NCBI GenBank assembly: GCA_029262815.1
Contig: JAJCYS010000029.1
Span: forward strand, 9,837-73,836
DNA length: 64,000 nt
Direction of reading: 5' to 3'
DNA from: Deltaproteobacteria bacterium
GTDB lineage: Bacteria > Bdellovibrionota > JAJCYS01
Part shown: positions 48,308 to 56,772 of the stretch, in pieces
Layout: each line of letters starts with the position of its first letter
How positions within the stretch are numbered: the first letter of the stretch is position 1
Notes under the pieces: model-generated
What the model saw: only the letters and a program-made list of their open reading frames with translations
Databases searched by the model: none
Told to the model about the DNA's origin: nothing
Translations under genes and position numbers: made by a program

Positions 48308-48982
48308 TTAAATAATAGGTGAAAAGGCGAGTTTTAAACCTAGCAAGACAAAGAAAACACCCATCCCCCGTTCAATGTAATACTCCACTGTGTTAATCCG
48401 GGATCTCACAATTTTTTGTGAAAAAGCGTACGCTAAAAAACAAAACCATGCAACCGAAATGACTAAAATAGCAGCGCAGTAAGTAATCAAAGTCATTTTT
48501 GGCGTGTTGGGACTCACAACTTGGGAAAAGATGCTGATGAAAAATAACGAACATTTGGGATTCAAAATATTCGTTAGAAATCCCATTCTAAAAGCGGCCA
48601 GTGAAGACATGTTTTGGATTCGAGTCACGGGATCCGGTTTGTTCATATCCATTGATTTGAGGACTGTTTTCAAACGAAAAGATGATCGTATCGACTGTAA
48701 ACCAATAAAAGTGAGATAGCATGCCCCCAGGTATTTCATCAACACTAAAGCAAAGTGGGATTGTGAAATGACTAACCCAAGTCCTGCAACACAGTACATC
48801 ATATGTATTGAAATACCCAGTGCAATACCCAACGCAGAATACATGCCAGTAGATCTGTCGTATACAAGCGTATTTTTGGTGACCAACGCAAAATCGGGTC
48901 CAGGTGAAATCATGCCTATTGCATGAGCAAATAGAACAGCCAAAAATTCAGACCCTAAAAACATAACCCAGTATTCAATCAT
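48308..48982 (-). CDS. LysE/RhtB-family amino-acid exporter.
   Basis: The N-terminus AHAIGMISPGPDFALVTKNTL is the LysE signature. Six predicted transmembrane segments. Confidence 0.8.
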   Translation of the reverse strand: MIEYWVMFLGSEFLAVLFAHAIGMISPGPDFALVTKNTLVYDRSTGMYSALGIALGISIHMMYCVAGLGLVISQSHFALVLMKYLGACYLTFIGLQSIRSSFRLKTVLKSMDMNKPDPVTRIQNMSSLAAFRMGFLTNILNPKCSLFFISIFSQVVSPNTPKMTLITYCAAILVISVAWFCFLAYAFSQKIVRSRINTVEYYIERGMGVFFVLLGLKLAFSPII

Positions 48983-49022
48983 ATTTTTGAAATGAAAGGA
49001 AGATTATGCTTTGTTTATAGGC

Positions 49023-49847
49023 CTAACGAGACAATGTAATCTCAGCAGGTTGTAGTATTTCGCCCAATGCAATATCAGGAAAATTGATCGTATCTGTACG
49101 CTCAGATTCGATTATTTTTTCTGTATCGACGATTAAGTGTTCCTTTAGATTCAGTGCAAGTTGTGCGTTCATAAACACGAGGTCTTTCTCATCATCTTTT
49201 TCACGAATGGCCAATAGAGTTAGTGTTGTGTCGTTGGTTTGTGCAATCCGTACGCTTGAGAAAACAGCATCTTCATCGTCCGTGATTTGTTGATTGATCG
49301 TCGCCCCACTGCGTGAATCCTGTACGTAAATTTGATTGTCATCAGAGCGAATAAAGACCAAAACGGTTCCTGTTATGTCGTTTACGTCCTGAAGTAATCG
49401 ATCTTCTTCATCATTGGTGAGTTCTTCCGATGGGGTCTGAATCCCTGATTGGCGAAAAATTTGATGATTTCCATTGGTGGCTTTTTTGTCAAAAAAGAAA
49501 ACATCATCTATTGAAAAAACACGAGAAAATCCCCCTGCGGTTGATTGAATTTTCTCAGTTGTATTATCTAGAGAAGTAAATAAAAAAGTATTGTTTGTAG
49601 TTTTCTCTCTGGCAATACCTGAAATGCGATCATCTGCATCGACAAACGGACTGCTAATCTCAGTGATGACGCTACTCTCGATTTGATCGGGGCTGGTGAA
49701 GAATGTTTCAGTATTTCCAAAATTCGCATCATCGTTGCTTTGGATCGAAGTAAACGACCGTAGAGCAGTTGCACTATTATCCTTTACGATTGCAAGTAGA
49801 AGTGTATTGTCACCCTCAGAAAAACTCATACCAGGTGCAAGATTCAA
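49023..49847 (-). CDS. Hypothetical protein, paralogue of the next gene. It may be 5'-truncated or frameshifted.
   Basis: Shares segments with the 50095..51210 product (IFRQSGIQTPSEE versus RIFQSTEGLTPLQISPE). No signal peptide at the annotated start, although the paralogue has one. Confidence 0.4.
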   Translation of the reverse strand: MNLAPGMSFSEGDNTLLLAIVKDNSATALRSFTSIQSNDDANFGNTETFFTSPDQIESSVITEISSPFVDADDRISGIAREKTTNNTFLFTSLDNTTEKIQSTAGGFSRVFSIDDVFFFDKKATNGNHQIFRQSGIQTPSEELTNDEEDRLLQDVNDITGTVLVFIRSDDNQIYVQDSRSGATINQQITDDEDAVFSSVRIAQTNDTTLTLLAIREKDDEKDLVFMNAQLALNLKEHLIVDTEKIIESERTDTINFPDIALGEILQPAEITLSR

Positions 49848-50094
49848 GGGCGATCCAGTAAATATTCTCGGAGCATTCGGTAATTTGAATAGAGCAATAT
49901 CGAATGTGCCTAACCCTAAGTGACTTTTAGTTGGATCTCCTTTTTGTGTATATCTAATCAGAATGGGAATGAGGTTTGGGTTGTCTTTCTGTAGTTTGAT
50001 GTTACAAGATAGGAATCCAACTGTTCCAAAACAAAAAATAAAACATACAATTTTTAAGATGTGACTTCGTATCGGTTACCCCAGTCTTTATCCA

Positions 50095-51210
50095 TTATTC
50101 TTCAGAACCTTCTGTTGTTTCTTCTGTTTCTACGACAAGCGGATTAACCAAGTCATTTTTGTGACGGATAGCTACGGCAGTAGGCCGCATTCGTACGTTG
50201 AATACACCTGGGAAATTCACACCATCGGCAATGATTTCCTCTGCGATGATGACGTACGTTTCGGTATCTATAGTTGAACCTCCGTCTAGGGCACTAAATG
50301 CATTAAATCCAATGACCTCGTTCTTGCCGGAATCGGTAACAGTTCGAAGCGCGATAATTGATAATTCTCCTGTGTCAATGGATGAAAACCGGCAGGCCAT
50401 CAAGGGTGCGGCCCCGTCGCTTGTGAGTTGGGTAAACAGAACTGTGGTCGTACGTGCGTCTCGTACATAGCATTCATCACTTTCAAGATAAAGTACAAGC
50501 TGTCCATCTTGGCTCACATCTTGCAAAGTACGGCTTTCTGAATCCCCTTCAGGTGAAATTTGTAACGGTGTCAATCCTTCAGTACTTTGAAAAATACGTG
50601 TCTGACCGCCACTTGTTTGATCATAGAAAATTTCTGTTTTTCCTGAAATCTGAATAGGGATCACTGTAGTGAATAGATCAGCTGAAGCGGGGGCAACGCT
50701 AGTCGGTGGCCCAGGTGGAGTTACAATAAATGGGATTTGGTTGAGTGAGCCAGCGACGCGCGCTATGCCACCCCATTGGGTTGATAATCGAGGGTTTGCC
50801 CTAGGGTTTAAAATGAGATCAACAGCAACCCCTGATACAGTGCCGATGGTTGACAATGGGCTTTGGATATTAGTTCGTGTCAGCTGAATTTGTGTCCAAG
50901 CTGTTGGGAGCCCTGTCAGTTGTGTGACGGCGAAGGCAGAGTTACTTGTCAGTAAGACATCTAATTGTCCAGAAACAAGATTAAGAGGGGCACCTGTGAT
51001 GGTAAAAAGTGACCCCAGGAAGCTTGATTTATCTATACCACCCGATCTGATATGGTTGACAGTTGTGTCGCTCACTTGGGTATACATCACTACCAATCCA
51101 GGTATTTGAATAAGTGACGCACCATTTGTGCAGCCTGCCAATAAAAACGAAACCGCTAAGCACTGAATATATCTACTGATTTTCCCTTTTCTAACCATAG
51201 TAATGCTCAT
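50095..51210 (-). CDS. Hypothetical lipoprotein.
   Basis: Lipobox LAGC in ...YIQCLAVSFLLAGCTNGAS. Confidence 0.55.
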   Translation of the reverse strand: MSITMVRKGKISRYIQCLAVSFLLAGCTNGASLIQIPGLVVMYTQVSDTTVNHIRSGGIDKSSFLGSLFTITGAPLNLVSGQLDVLLTSNSAFAVTQLTGLPTAWTQIQLTRTNIQSPLSTIGTVSGVAVDLILNPRANPRLSTQWGGIARVAGSLNQIPFIVTPPGPPTSVAPASADLFTTVIPIQISGKTEIFYDQTSGGQTRIFQSTEGLTPLQISPEGDSESRTLQDVSQDGQLVLYLESDECYVRDARTTTVLFTQLTSDGAAPLMACRFSSIDTGELSIIALRTVTDSGKNEVIGFNAFSALDGGSTIDTETYVIIAEEIIADGVNFPGVFNVRMRPTAVAIRHKNDLVNPLVVETEETTEGSEE

Positions 51211-51321
51211 AAACCTGTGTCTATTGTATTAAAGTTTCTATAGGACCCATAACTCTAAATACGCATTTATGATATAACATGGTGGAATGCATGGGTCATT
51301 ACCCCGTGCTTTTTTAGGAAA

Positions 51322-51855
51322 ATGAAAATCTATACCAAAAAAGGTGACCTTGGCCAGACACAAACCTTGGGGAGTGGGCGTGTGCCTAAGGATGATCAAA
51401 GACTTCATGTGGGGGGCCTCATCGATACGTGTAATTCAACTGTCGGATTTTTGTGCTCACTATTGCCCAGTGATGACCCACTGACTGACAATCTTCACCG
51501 CATTCAACGTGGCTTATTTAGCCTTGGACTTGAGGTAACGGGTGGACGTCAACAAGACCATATGTTAAATGAATCAGACGTAACATTTTTAGAATCTCAA
51601 ATCGATCAATATTGGGATACTTGTCCGCCGCTCACAAAGTTTGTTTTACCAGGTGGCACACCATCTTCGTGTCAAGCCCATCTGTGTCGTGTCCAGGTGC
51701 GGACAATGGAACGCTCTCTGGTTACCCTCTGCCGAGAAACCAACACACCATTTGATTTGGGACTGCAATATGTGAATCGTTTGAGTGACTATTTTTTTGC
51801 TATAGCACGATATTTGAATCATCAAGCGGACATGGGAGAAGTAACATGGCCTTAG
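51322..51855 (+). CDS. PduO-type ATP:cob(I)alamin adenosyltransferase.
   Basis: The N-terminus MKIYTKKGDLGQTQTLGSGRVPKDDQRLHVGGLIDTCNS matches the PduO/MMAB family consensus MKIYT.TGD.G.TSL..G.RV.K. Confidence 0.8.
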   Translation: MKIYTKKGDLGQTQTLGSGRVPKDDQRLHVGGLIDTCNSTVGFLCSLLPSDDPLTDNLHRIQRGLFSLGLEVTGGRQQDHMLNESDVTFLESQIDQYWDTCPPLTKFVLPGGTPSSCQAHLCRVQVRTMERSLVTLCRETNTPFDLGLQYVNRLSDYFFAIARYLNHQADMGEVTWP

Positions 51856-53045
51856 GAGAGTCCAGCCGTATCCCCGGCTTTTATAAATTAAAGTTTAATC
51901 AGAAATTGACTCACATTTCTGAATTAACAGGTATCTCCCTAGAACGGTTAAACGGAGCATTCCAATCCCTGCACATGGCTCAAACAGGCATCGATGAGTT
52001 GGTCGAAAACTGTATTGGTGCGCTCTCAGTACCGTTGGGTATTGCGCCAAATTTCAAAATAAATGGAAAAGACTATCTTGTGCCAATGGCTGTAGAAGAG
52101 AGCTCCGTGATTGCGGCTGCCTCAAAAGGGGCTAGGGTCACATATGAATCAGGCGGGTTCGCGAGTGAACTTTTAGACAACATGATGATCGGGCAAGTTC
52201 AGTTTTCAATTCGAGATGAAAAAGATGCTGACACCGTACGAGATAAAATTGCGTCTTATGAAGAATCGTTGCTAAGTGATTTAAATGAAGTCATTCCAGG
52301 GATGGTTCATCGAGGCGGTGGGGTTCGTGCAATCTATGCACGTGGGCCTTTTACCTATCAAAGTCATACTTTTTTGGTGATCCAAGTCGATGTATCGGTG
52401 CAAGATGCCATGGGCGCCAATGTCACCAACCATGTGTGTGAACGCTTAGGAAAATTATTAAACCGTATGGTACCCGGGCAAACCAACACATGTATTCTTA
52501 GCAACCTCGCAACCAAGCGACTCGTGCATACGACCTGCCGTGTACATTTATCAGAAATAGTGCCTGAGCACGAATGGGATGATGCAATCCGTCGTTTTGA
52601 ATTGGTCCAAGGATTTGCTGAAGTGGACCCTTTTCGTGCAGTCACCCACAACAAAGGAATCATGAACGGCATTGATGCTGTGCTCTTGGCCACAGGAAAC
52701 GATTGGCGGGCGAACGAAGCAGGTGCGTTTGGATACGCAAGCCTATCCGGTCGCATAAAACCCCTTTCTCATTGGCGTGCTGAAAAACCCTACTTATTTG
52801 GAGAGCTCCAACTTCCCATCCAACTCGGAATTGTAGGTGGGGTCACCCGAATTCACCCCACCGCCAAACTCAGCCTAGACATCTTAGGCATTGAGCATGG
52901 CAAAGAACTAGCAGAGCTCGTAGGAGCCGTCGGTTTAGCTCAAAATTTTAGCGCCTTACGTGCCCTAGCTTTTGAAGGCATCATGGAGGGGCATATGCGA
53001 TTGCACAAAAAAAACCTCAAACGCCACAAGACGCTTGCTGAGTAA
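51846..53045 (+). CDS. mvaA: Class II hydroxymethylglutaryl-CoA reductase.
   Basis: ENCIG (the ENVIG motif), DAMGANV and GIVGG motifs. Its ~400-aa length and N-terminus resemble the Pseudomonas mevalonii class II enzyme. Overlaps the upstream gene by 10 nt. Confidence 0.85.
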   Translation: MALGESSRIPGFYKLKFNQKLTHISELTGISLERLNGAFQSLHMAQTGIDELVENCIGALSVPLGIAPNFKINGKDYLVPMAVEESSVIAAASKGARVTYESGGFASELLDNMMIGQVQFSIRDEKDADTVRDKIASYEESLLSDLNEVIPGMVHRGGGVRAIYARGPFTYQSHTFLVIQVDVSVQDAMGANVTNHVCERLGKLLNRMVPGQTNTCILSNLATKRLVHTTCRVHLSEIVPEHEWDDAIRRFELVQGFAEVDPFRAVTHNKGIMNGIDAVLLATGNDWRANEAGAFGYASLSGRIKPLSHWRAEKPYLFGELQLPIQLGIVGGVTRIHPTAKLSLDILGIEHGKELAELVGAVGLAQNFSALRALAFEGIMEGHMRLHKKNLKRHKTLAE

Positions 53046-53264
53046 GTAGGTTCTGCGTTACCCCCAAACAACTTCTCACTGCGACGTGCACCAAGCACGC
53101 CATCAATACCCCGTCATTCCAGATCACTTTTTTTCATCTCTGCCCTTCCTCTGTCATCTCTTGTGCCTTCGAAGGCAGGGATCCACTGTGACTCTGTAGC
53201 TAGAAAAAATATGGTTTCACCAGTATGAATTCCCGCTCACGCTGCTTGTGTCAGGAATGAATCG

Positions 53265-54470
53265 CTAGAGGTGTAATTTTTCGACTTCGGCCACAGGGTG
53301 CTTAAAGCGAGACTCACTTAAAGGTGACAAATCTAACCCTTCAAATTGTCCCTTCGTCATCAATTGAGCGAGGCCACGTCCTGCAGCAGGGCTGATCATC
53401 ACGCCACGGCCCGTAAAGCTGTGGATTTGAAACAAAGAATCATAGGATCCAACACGGCCCAAAATACCATCTTGGTCTGGTGAGTAACTATATATCCCAG
53501 CCCATCCGCGCATATGTTTGCATGACCCAAAGACTTCACTAAATTCATATAACTTTGGCCATAAGATATTCTCAAAAAAATCACATTCACTATATGTAAA
53601 ATCAATCCCCTCAGGTTGATCTTGCAAGCCAAATCCCGTAAGCAATAATCCACCCTCAGGATGAAAATAGGTCCCTTCTGGTGTTATGGTCATGGGCAAC
53701 TTGGGATTATAAGCCTGTGGGGCATCTATCATTGCAATGTGTCTGGCAATGGGTCGACATGCGTATGTCACATTTATAAAAGGCTTGAGCACCTGATGGC
53801 TCCATGCACCCATGGCTATCACAACCTGTCTTGCTTCGACAGTTTCTGTTGATGCTTTAGGATAGGTACCTGTCTCTAAAAACTCCTGCACGTTTTCTGA
53901 TGTGACATGTGCAAACGTTAATCGCCAGCCGTCTTGGTGCGGTTCTAAATCAATCAGAGCGCGCTCTGATTGTAAGGTCCATGATCCAGAAGTTAAAGTG
54001 CTTGGAATTTGTTCTATAAACCAATTTCGGAGTCGGTTGCTATTTACGAGTCCTGCTTCTGGATGAAAAGTAACGTGCGCCGCAGTATCCTTGTTAAATG
54101 ACCAAGGCAAATATGGAATAGGGTCATGAGGTGAAAAATGTTTGATCGGAAATTCAGAAAGATCTGAGATTAAATCTTCATTCAGCTCAGGATGTGTTTT
54201 ATGAAACCAAAGATAACCGCACGGATGGTATCCAACCTCTGCTTGATGCTGCCTTAAAAAATGAATACTTTCTAAACTCAAACGCCTATTTAATGAATGC
54301 TGCCAAAAAGCACGAACCGCTCCTCCATTTCGCTCAGAGCTTGCAAAAGTTCCAGCCGTATCTACATCGAACATCGCAATATGTGCCTCAGGTTTTTGAT
54401 GTGCCAAATGATAAGCTGTTGATGTACCCAATACGCCCGACCCACAGACCACGCAGTCAAACTGTTTCAT
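53265..54470 (-). CDS. FAD-dependent oxidoreductase (DAO family).
   Basis: MKQFDCVVCGSGVLGTSTAYHLA carries a GxGxxG FAD-binding motif. The start is set at this Met, which has a GAGGAAA Shine-Dalgarno. The ORF-track extension to 54701 is rejected. Confidence 0.7.
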   Translation of the reverse strand: MKQFDCVVCGSGVLGTSTAYHLAHQKPEAHIAMFDVDTAGTFASSERNGGAVRAFWQHSLNRRLSLESIHFLRQHQAEVGYHPCGYLWFHKTHPELNEDLISDLSEFPIKHFSPHDPIPYLPWSFNKDTAAHVTFHPEAGLVNSNRLRNWFIEQIPSTLTSGSWTLQSERALIDLEPHQDGWRLTFAHVTSENVQEFLETGTYPKASTETVEARQVVIAMGAWSHQVLKPFINVTYACRPIARHIAMIDAPQAYNPKLPMTITPEGTYFHPEGGLLLTGFGLQDQPEGIDFTYSECDFFENILWPKLYEFSEVFGSCKHMRGWAGIYSYSPDQDGILGRVGSYDSLFQIHSFTGRGVMISPAAGRGLAQLMTKGQFEGLDLSPLSESRFKHPVAEVEKLHL

Positions 54471-54617
54471 GCCCGTTTCCTCACAGATAAGATTAGGTTT
54501 TTGCTTAAGACTCAATTTACCATATTTCTTCCAAAAATTGCCTCTAAACCCTTGATGTAGTTGTTCTTTTTTGTTTGATGTAATGTTGAATGCCCATATT
54601 TTCGATAGGAAGAGCAG

Positions 54618-55085
54618 ATGAGGTATTTTGGGTACAATTTGAGAATTTTGGTAGGGATAGGCCTTCTTCTTTGTACAACTGAGGGCCATACTAAATCTCA
54701 ACGTTCGCTAGAGCTTGAAATCATTCAAATTTTAGGTGTGGGGGTTCGAATTGGTGGCACAACTCAAATGCTCTTACCCCGGACTATGAAAGGCAAAACG
54801 CCCCATGTGTTTCTAGTGCAACTGATGGGCGCAACAGGTGATTTGGTCTCTATCGAATATGGAGTTGACGGACAAGAGCTTAAAGCAATCGAGCAAAGTG
54901 GGACACTGGTGCTCCATATCAATAATGTACCTTATCTTGATATGACAGCTGTGAACATGCGAATTCTTAAAGGATTTCCCAAACTACATCTAAATAATCG
55001 GGGGATCAGTAAAGGAGATGCATTTCGCCTTCTGCGGATGTCTGCCACGTATACATTTGGCATTTGGCGAATCTCTGGCTCTTGA
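54618..55085 (+). CDS. Hypothetical small secreted protein.
   Basis: ORF with a hydrophobic N-terminus. No family. Coding status uncertain. Confidence 0.35.
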   Translation: MRYFGYNLRILVGIGLLLCTTEGHTKSQRSLELEIIQILGVGVRIGGTTQMLLPRTMKGKTPHVFLVQLMGATGDLVSIEYGVDGQELKAIEQSGTLVLHINNVPYLDMTAVNMRILKGFPKLHLNNRGISKGDAFRLLRMSATYTFGIWRISGS

Positions 55086-55569
55086 GTCATACTCGGTGCA
55101 ACTAACTCTACATGTTAAAATAAAGCTACTCCACGGACTCACGTTAGTGGTATCTGGCCATGAGGCGAAATCCGCCGAAGCATTGTCGCTAATATGTTTT
55201 TTATAATTCAATACTATTTTTTTGCCTTCATCCACGGAGTAACCTCCGTGGCCTCCTGCGAAAGCTGGATAAACCATTCATTCAAGGTATAATTTTGATT
55301 TTTGGTAAGCACCTTTTTATCGTGCTCACATGGGCAATCCATGGCATTACTCAACCCTAAGGGTGCCTTTACAGTTTCCTGTGCCCATGATTCCAGCTCT
55401 TCTAAGTACTATGCATGCTCACTTTTTTGGACAAGCCTGATTTTTTGCCATATTTTGAGGATCTCCTGATTCGGGATTATCCAGAAGAGGCTAGTAGGAG
55501 TGGGATTCAGTCCGCGTTAGCATGGATCAGACAACATGAAGGGCAGAAAATTTTGTATTCCTCGATGCG

Positions 55570-56253
55570 TTAGTTCAGTTGAGAAATAACCTGATCAATT
55601 TTCTCTCTCAAAATGCAGAATACATCTTTAATATTGAGTAAGGTCGTATCAACTAAAATGGCATCGTGGGCCTGTTTGAGCGGCGAAATCTTACGTGTTT
55701 CATCTTGATGGTCACGGTGTTTGATGCTTTCCATCACCTCATCAAGTGTAGAGGTTTCACCTAATTCGTGAAGATCCTTGAGCCGACGCTTTGCACGAAC
55801 TTCAACGGTGCCGGTCATAAAGAATTTTATGTCTGCATCGGGTAATACAATGGTGCCGATATCGCGACCTTCCATCACACATCCTTTGGCATCAGCAAGT
55901 ATCCGTTGTTGTGCAACTAAGGCCACGCGAACTTTTCGAATTTTTGAAATTTGAGATGCTAATTGAGAAACGCGCGCTGAACGTATGTTATGTGACATCT
56001 CCCTGTCATTCATCCAAACGAGGTTACTCAAATCGGGCATGAGTTTAAATTTAAAGTGGCTTTCCAAACATAGCTCTTCTATATCTGCTTCATCCGACAG
56101 GTTTAAATTATCGGTATAAAATGCAATCGTTCGATACATCGCCCCCGTGTCAATCAGCTGATACTGATAGTGTCTGGCGATCCACTTTGCGAGCGTGCTT
56201 TTGCCTGCACCTGCAGGGCCATCAATTGCAACGTTGATTTTGGGTTTGGTCAT
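55570..56253 (-). CDS. cmk: Cytidylate kinase.
   Basis: INVAIDGPAGAGKSTLAKWIARHYQYQLIDTGAMYR carries the P-loop and cmk signature. Confidence 0.85.
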   Translation of the reverse strand: MTKPKINVAIDGPAGAGKSTLAKWIARHYQYQLIDTGAMYRTIAFYTDNLNLSDEADIEELCLESHFKFKLMPDLSNLVWMNDREMSHNIRSARVSQLASQISKIRKVRVALVAQQRILADAKGCVMEGRDIGTIVLPDADIKFFMTGTVEVRAKRRLKDLHELGETSTLDEVMESIKHRDHQDETRKISPLKQAHDAILVDTTLLNIKDVFCILREKIDQVISQLN

Positions 56254-56689
56254 GATCGACGTCCTTAAATCGCCTGCTCGTTATATTAGCTGATTCAAAA
56301 ATAAGATCAGTAAGATGTGAAGGGTAGGTATGATCATACACGACCTCAATAATGCCGGCACCACAAATGAGCTTGGCACACTCAGCACAAGGGTAGGTTG
56401 TGCAATAAATCGTAGCCTCTTTGAGATCGACTCCTGAGTAAGCTGCGTTTGCAATGGCATTGGCTTCAGCGTGGCAACAGATAGCAAACTCTAACCCTTT
56501 ACCAGGTTTGGGCCCAGATAAGCATCTTGGGCAGTCCTGTGCTTTGCTGCCACGAGGGGGACTGTTCCAGCCCTCCGCGAGGAGTCTCGAGTCTTTTACT
56601 AAGATGGCGCCTACTTGCCTGGATTGACAACGGGATTGTTTTGCAAACCGATGTACCAGATCACGCCATAATGCATCGGCGTTCTTCAT
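56222..56689 (-). CDS. dCMP deaminase-family (CMP/dCMP deaminase zinc-binding) protein.
   Basis: CHAEANAI and TYPCAECAKLI are the zinc ligands of the dCMP deaminase/ComEB type. Overlaps cmk by 32 nt. Confidence 0.7.
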   Translation of the reverse strand: MKNADALWRDLVHRFAKQSRCQSRQVGAILVKDSRLLAEGWNSPPRGSKAQDCPRCLSGPKPGKGLEFAICCHAEANAIANAAYSGVDLKEATIYCTTYPCAECAKLICGAGIIEVVYDHTYPSHLTDLIFESANITSRRFKDVDHDQTQNQRCN

Positions 56690-56772
56690 AATGATATCCA
56701 GCCTATCAAAGAAGGGCTGGATCAGGGGAGTCCTTTTTTATTTTTTTAGGATCATCGCTTATAATAGGTCCG

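Noticed and set aside
54471-54701. 77-aa N-terminal extension of the FAD-dependent oxidoreductase ORF.
   Set aside because: The GxGxxG FAD motif follows immediately after the MKQFD Met, which has a GAGGAAA Shine-Dalgarno. The extension is lysine-rich junk and overlaps the 54618 plus-strand ORF.
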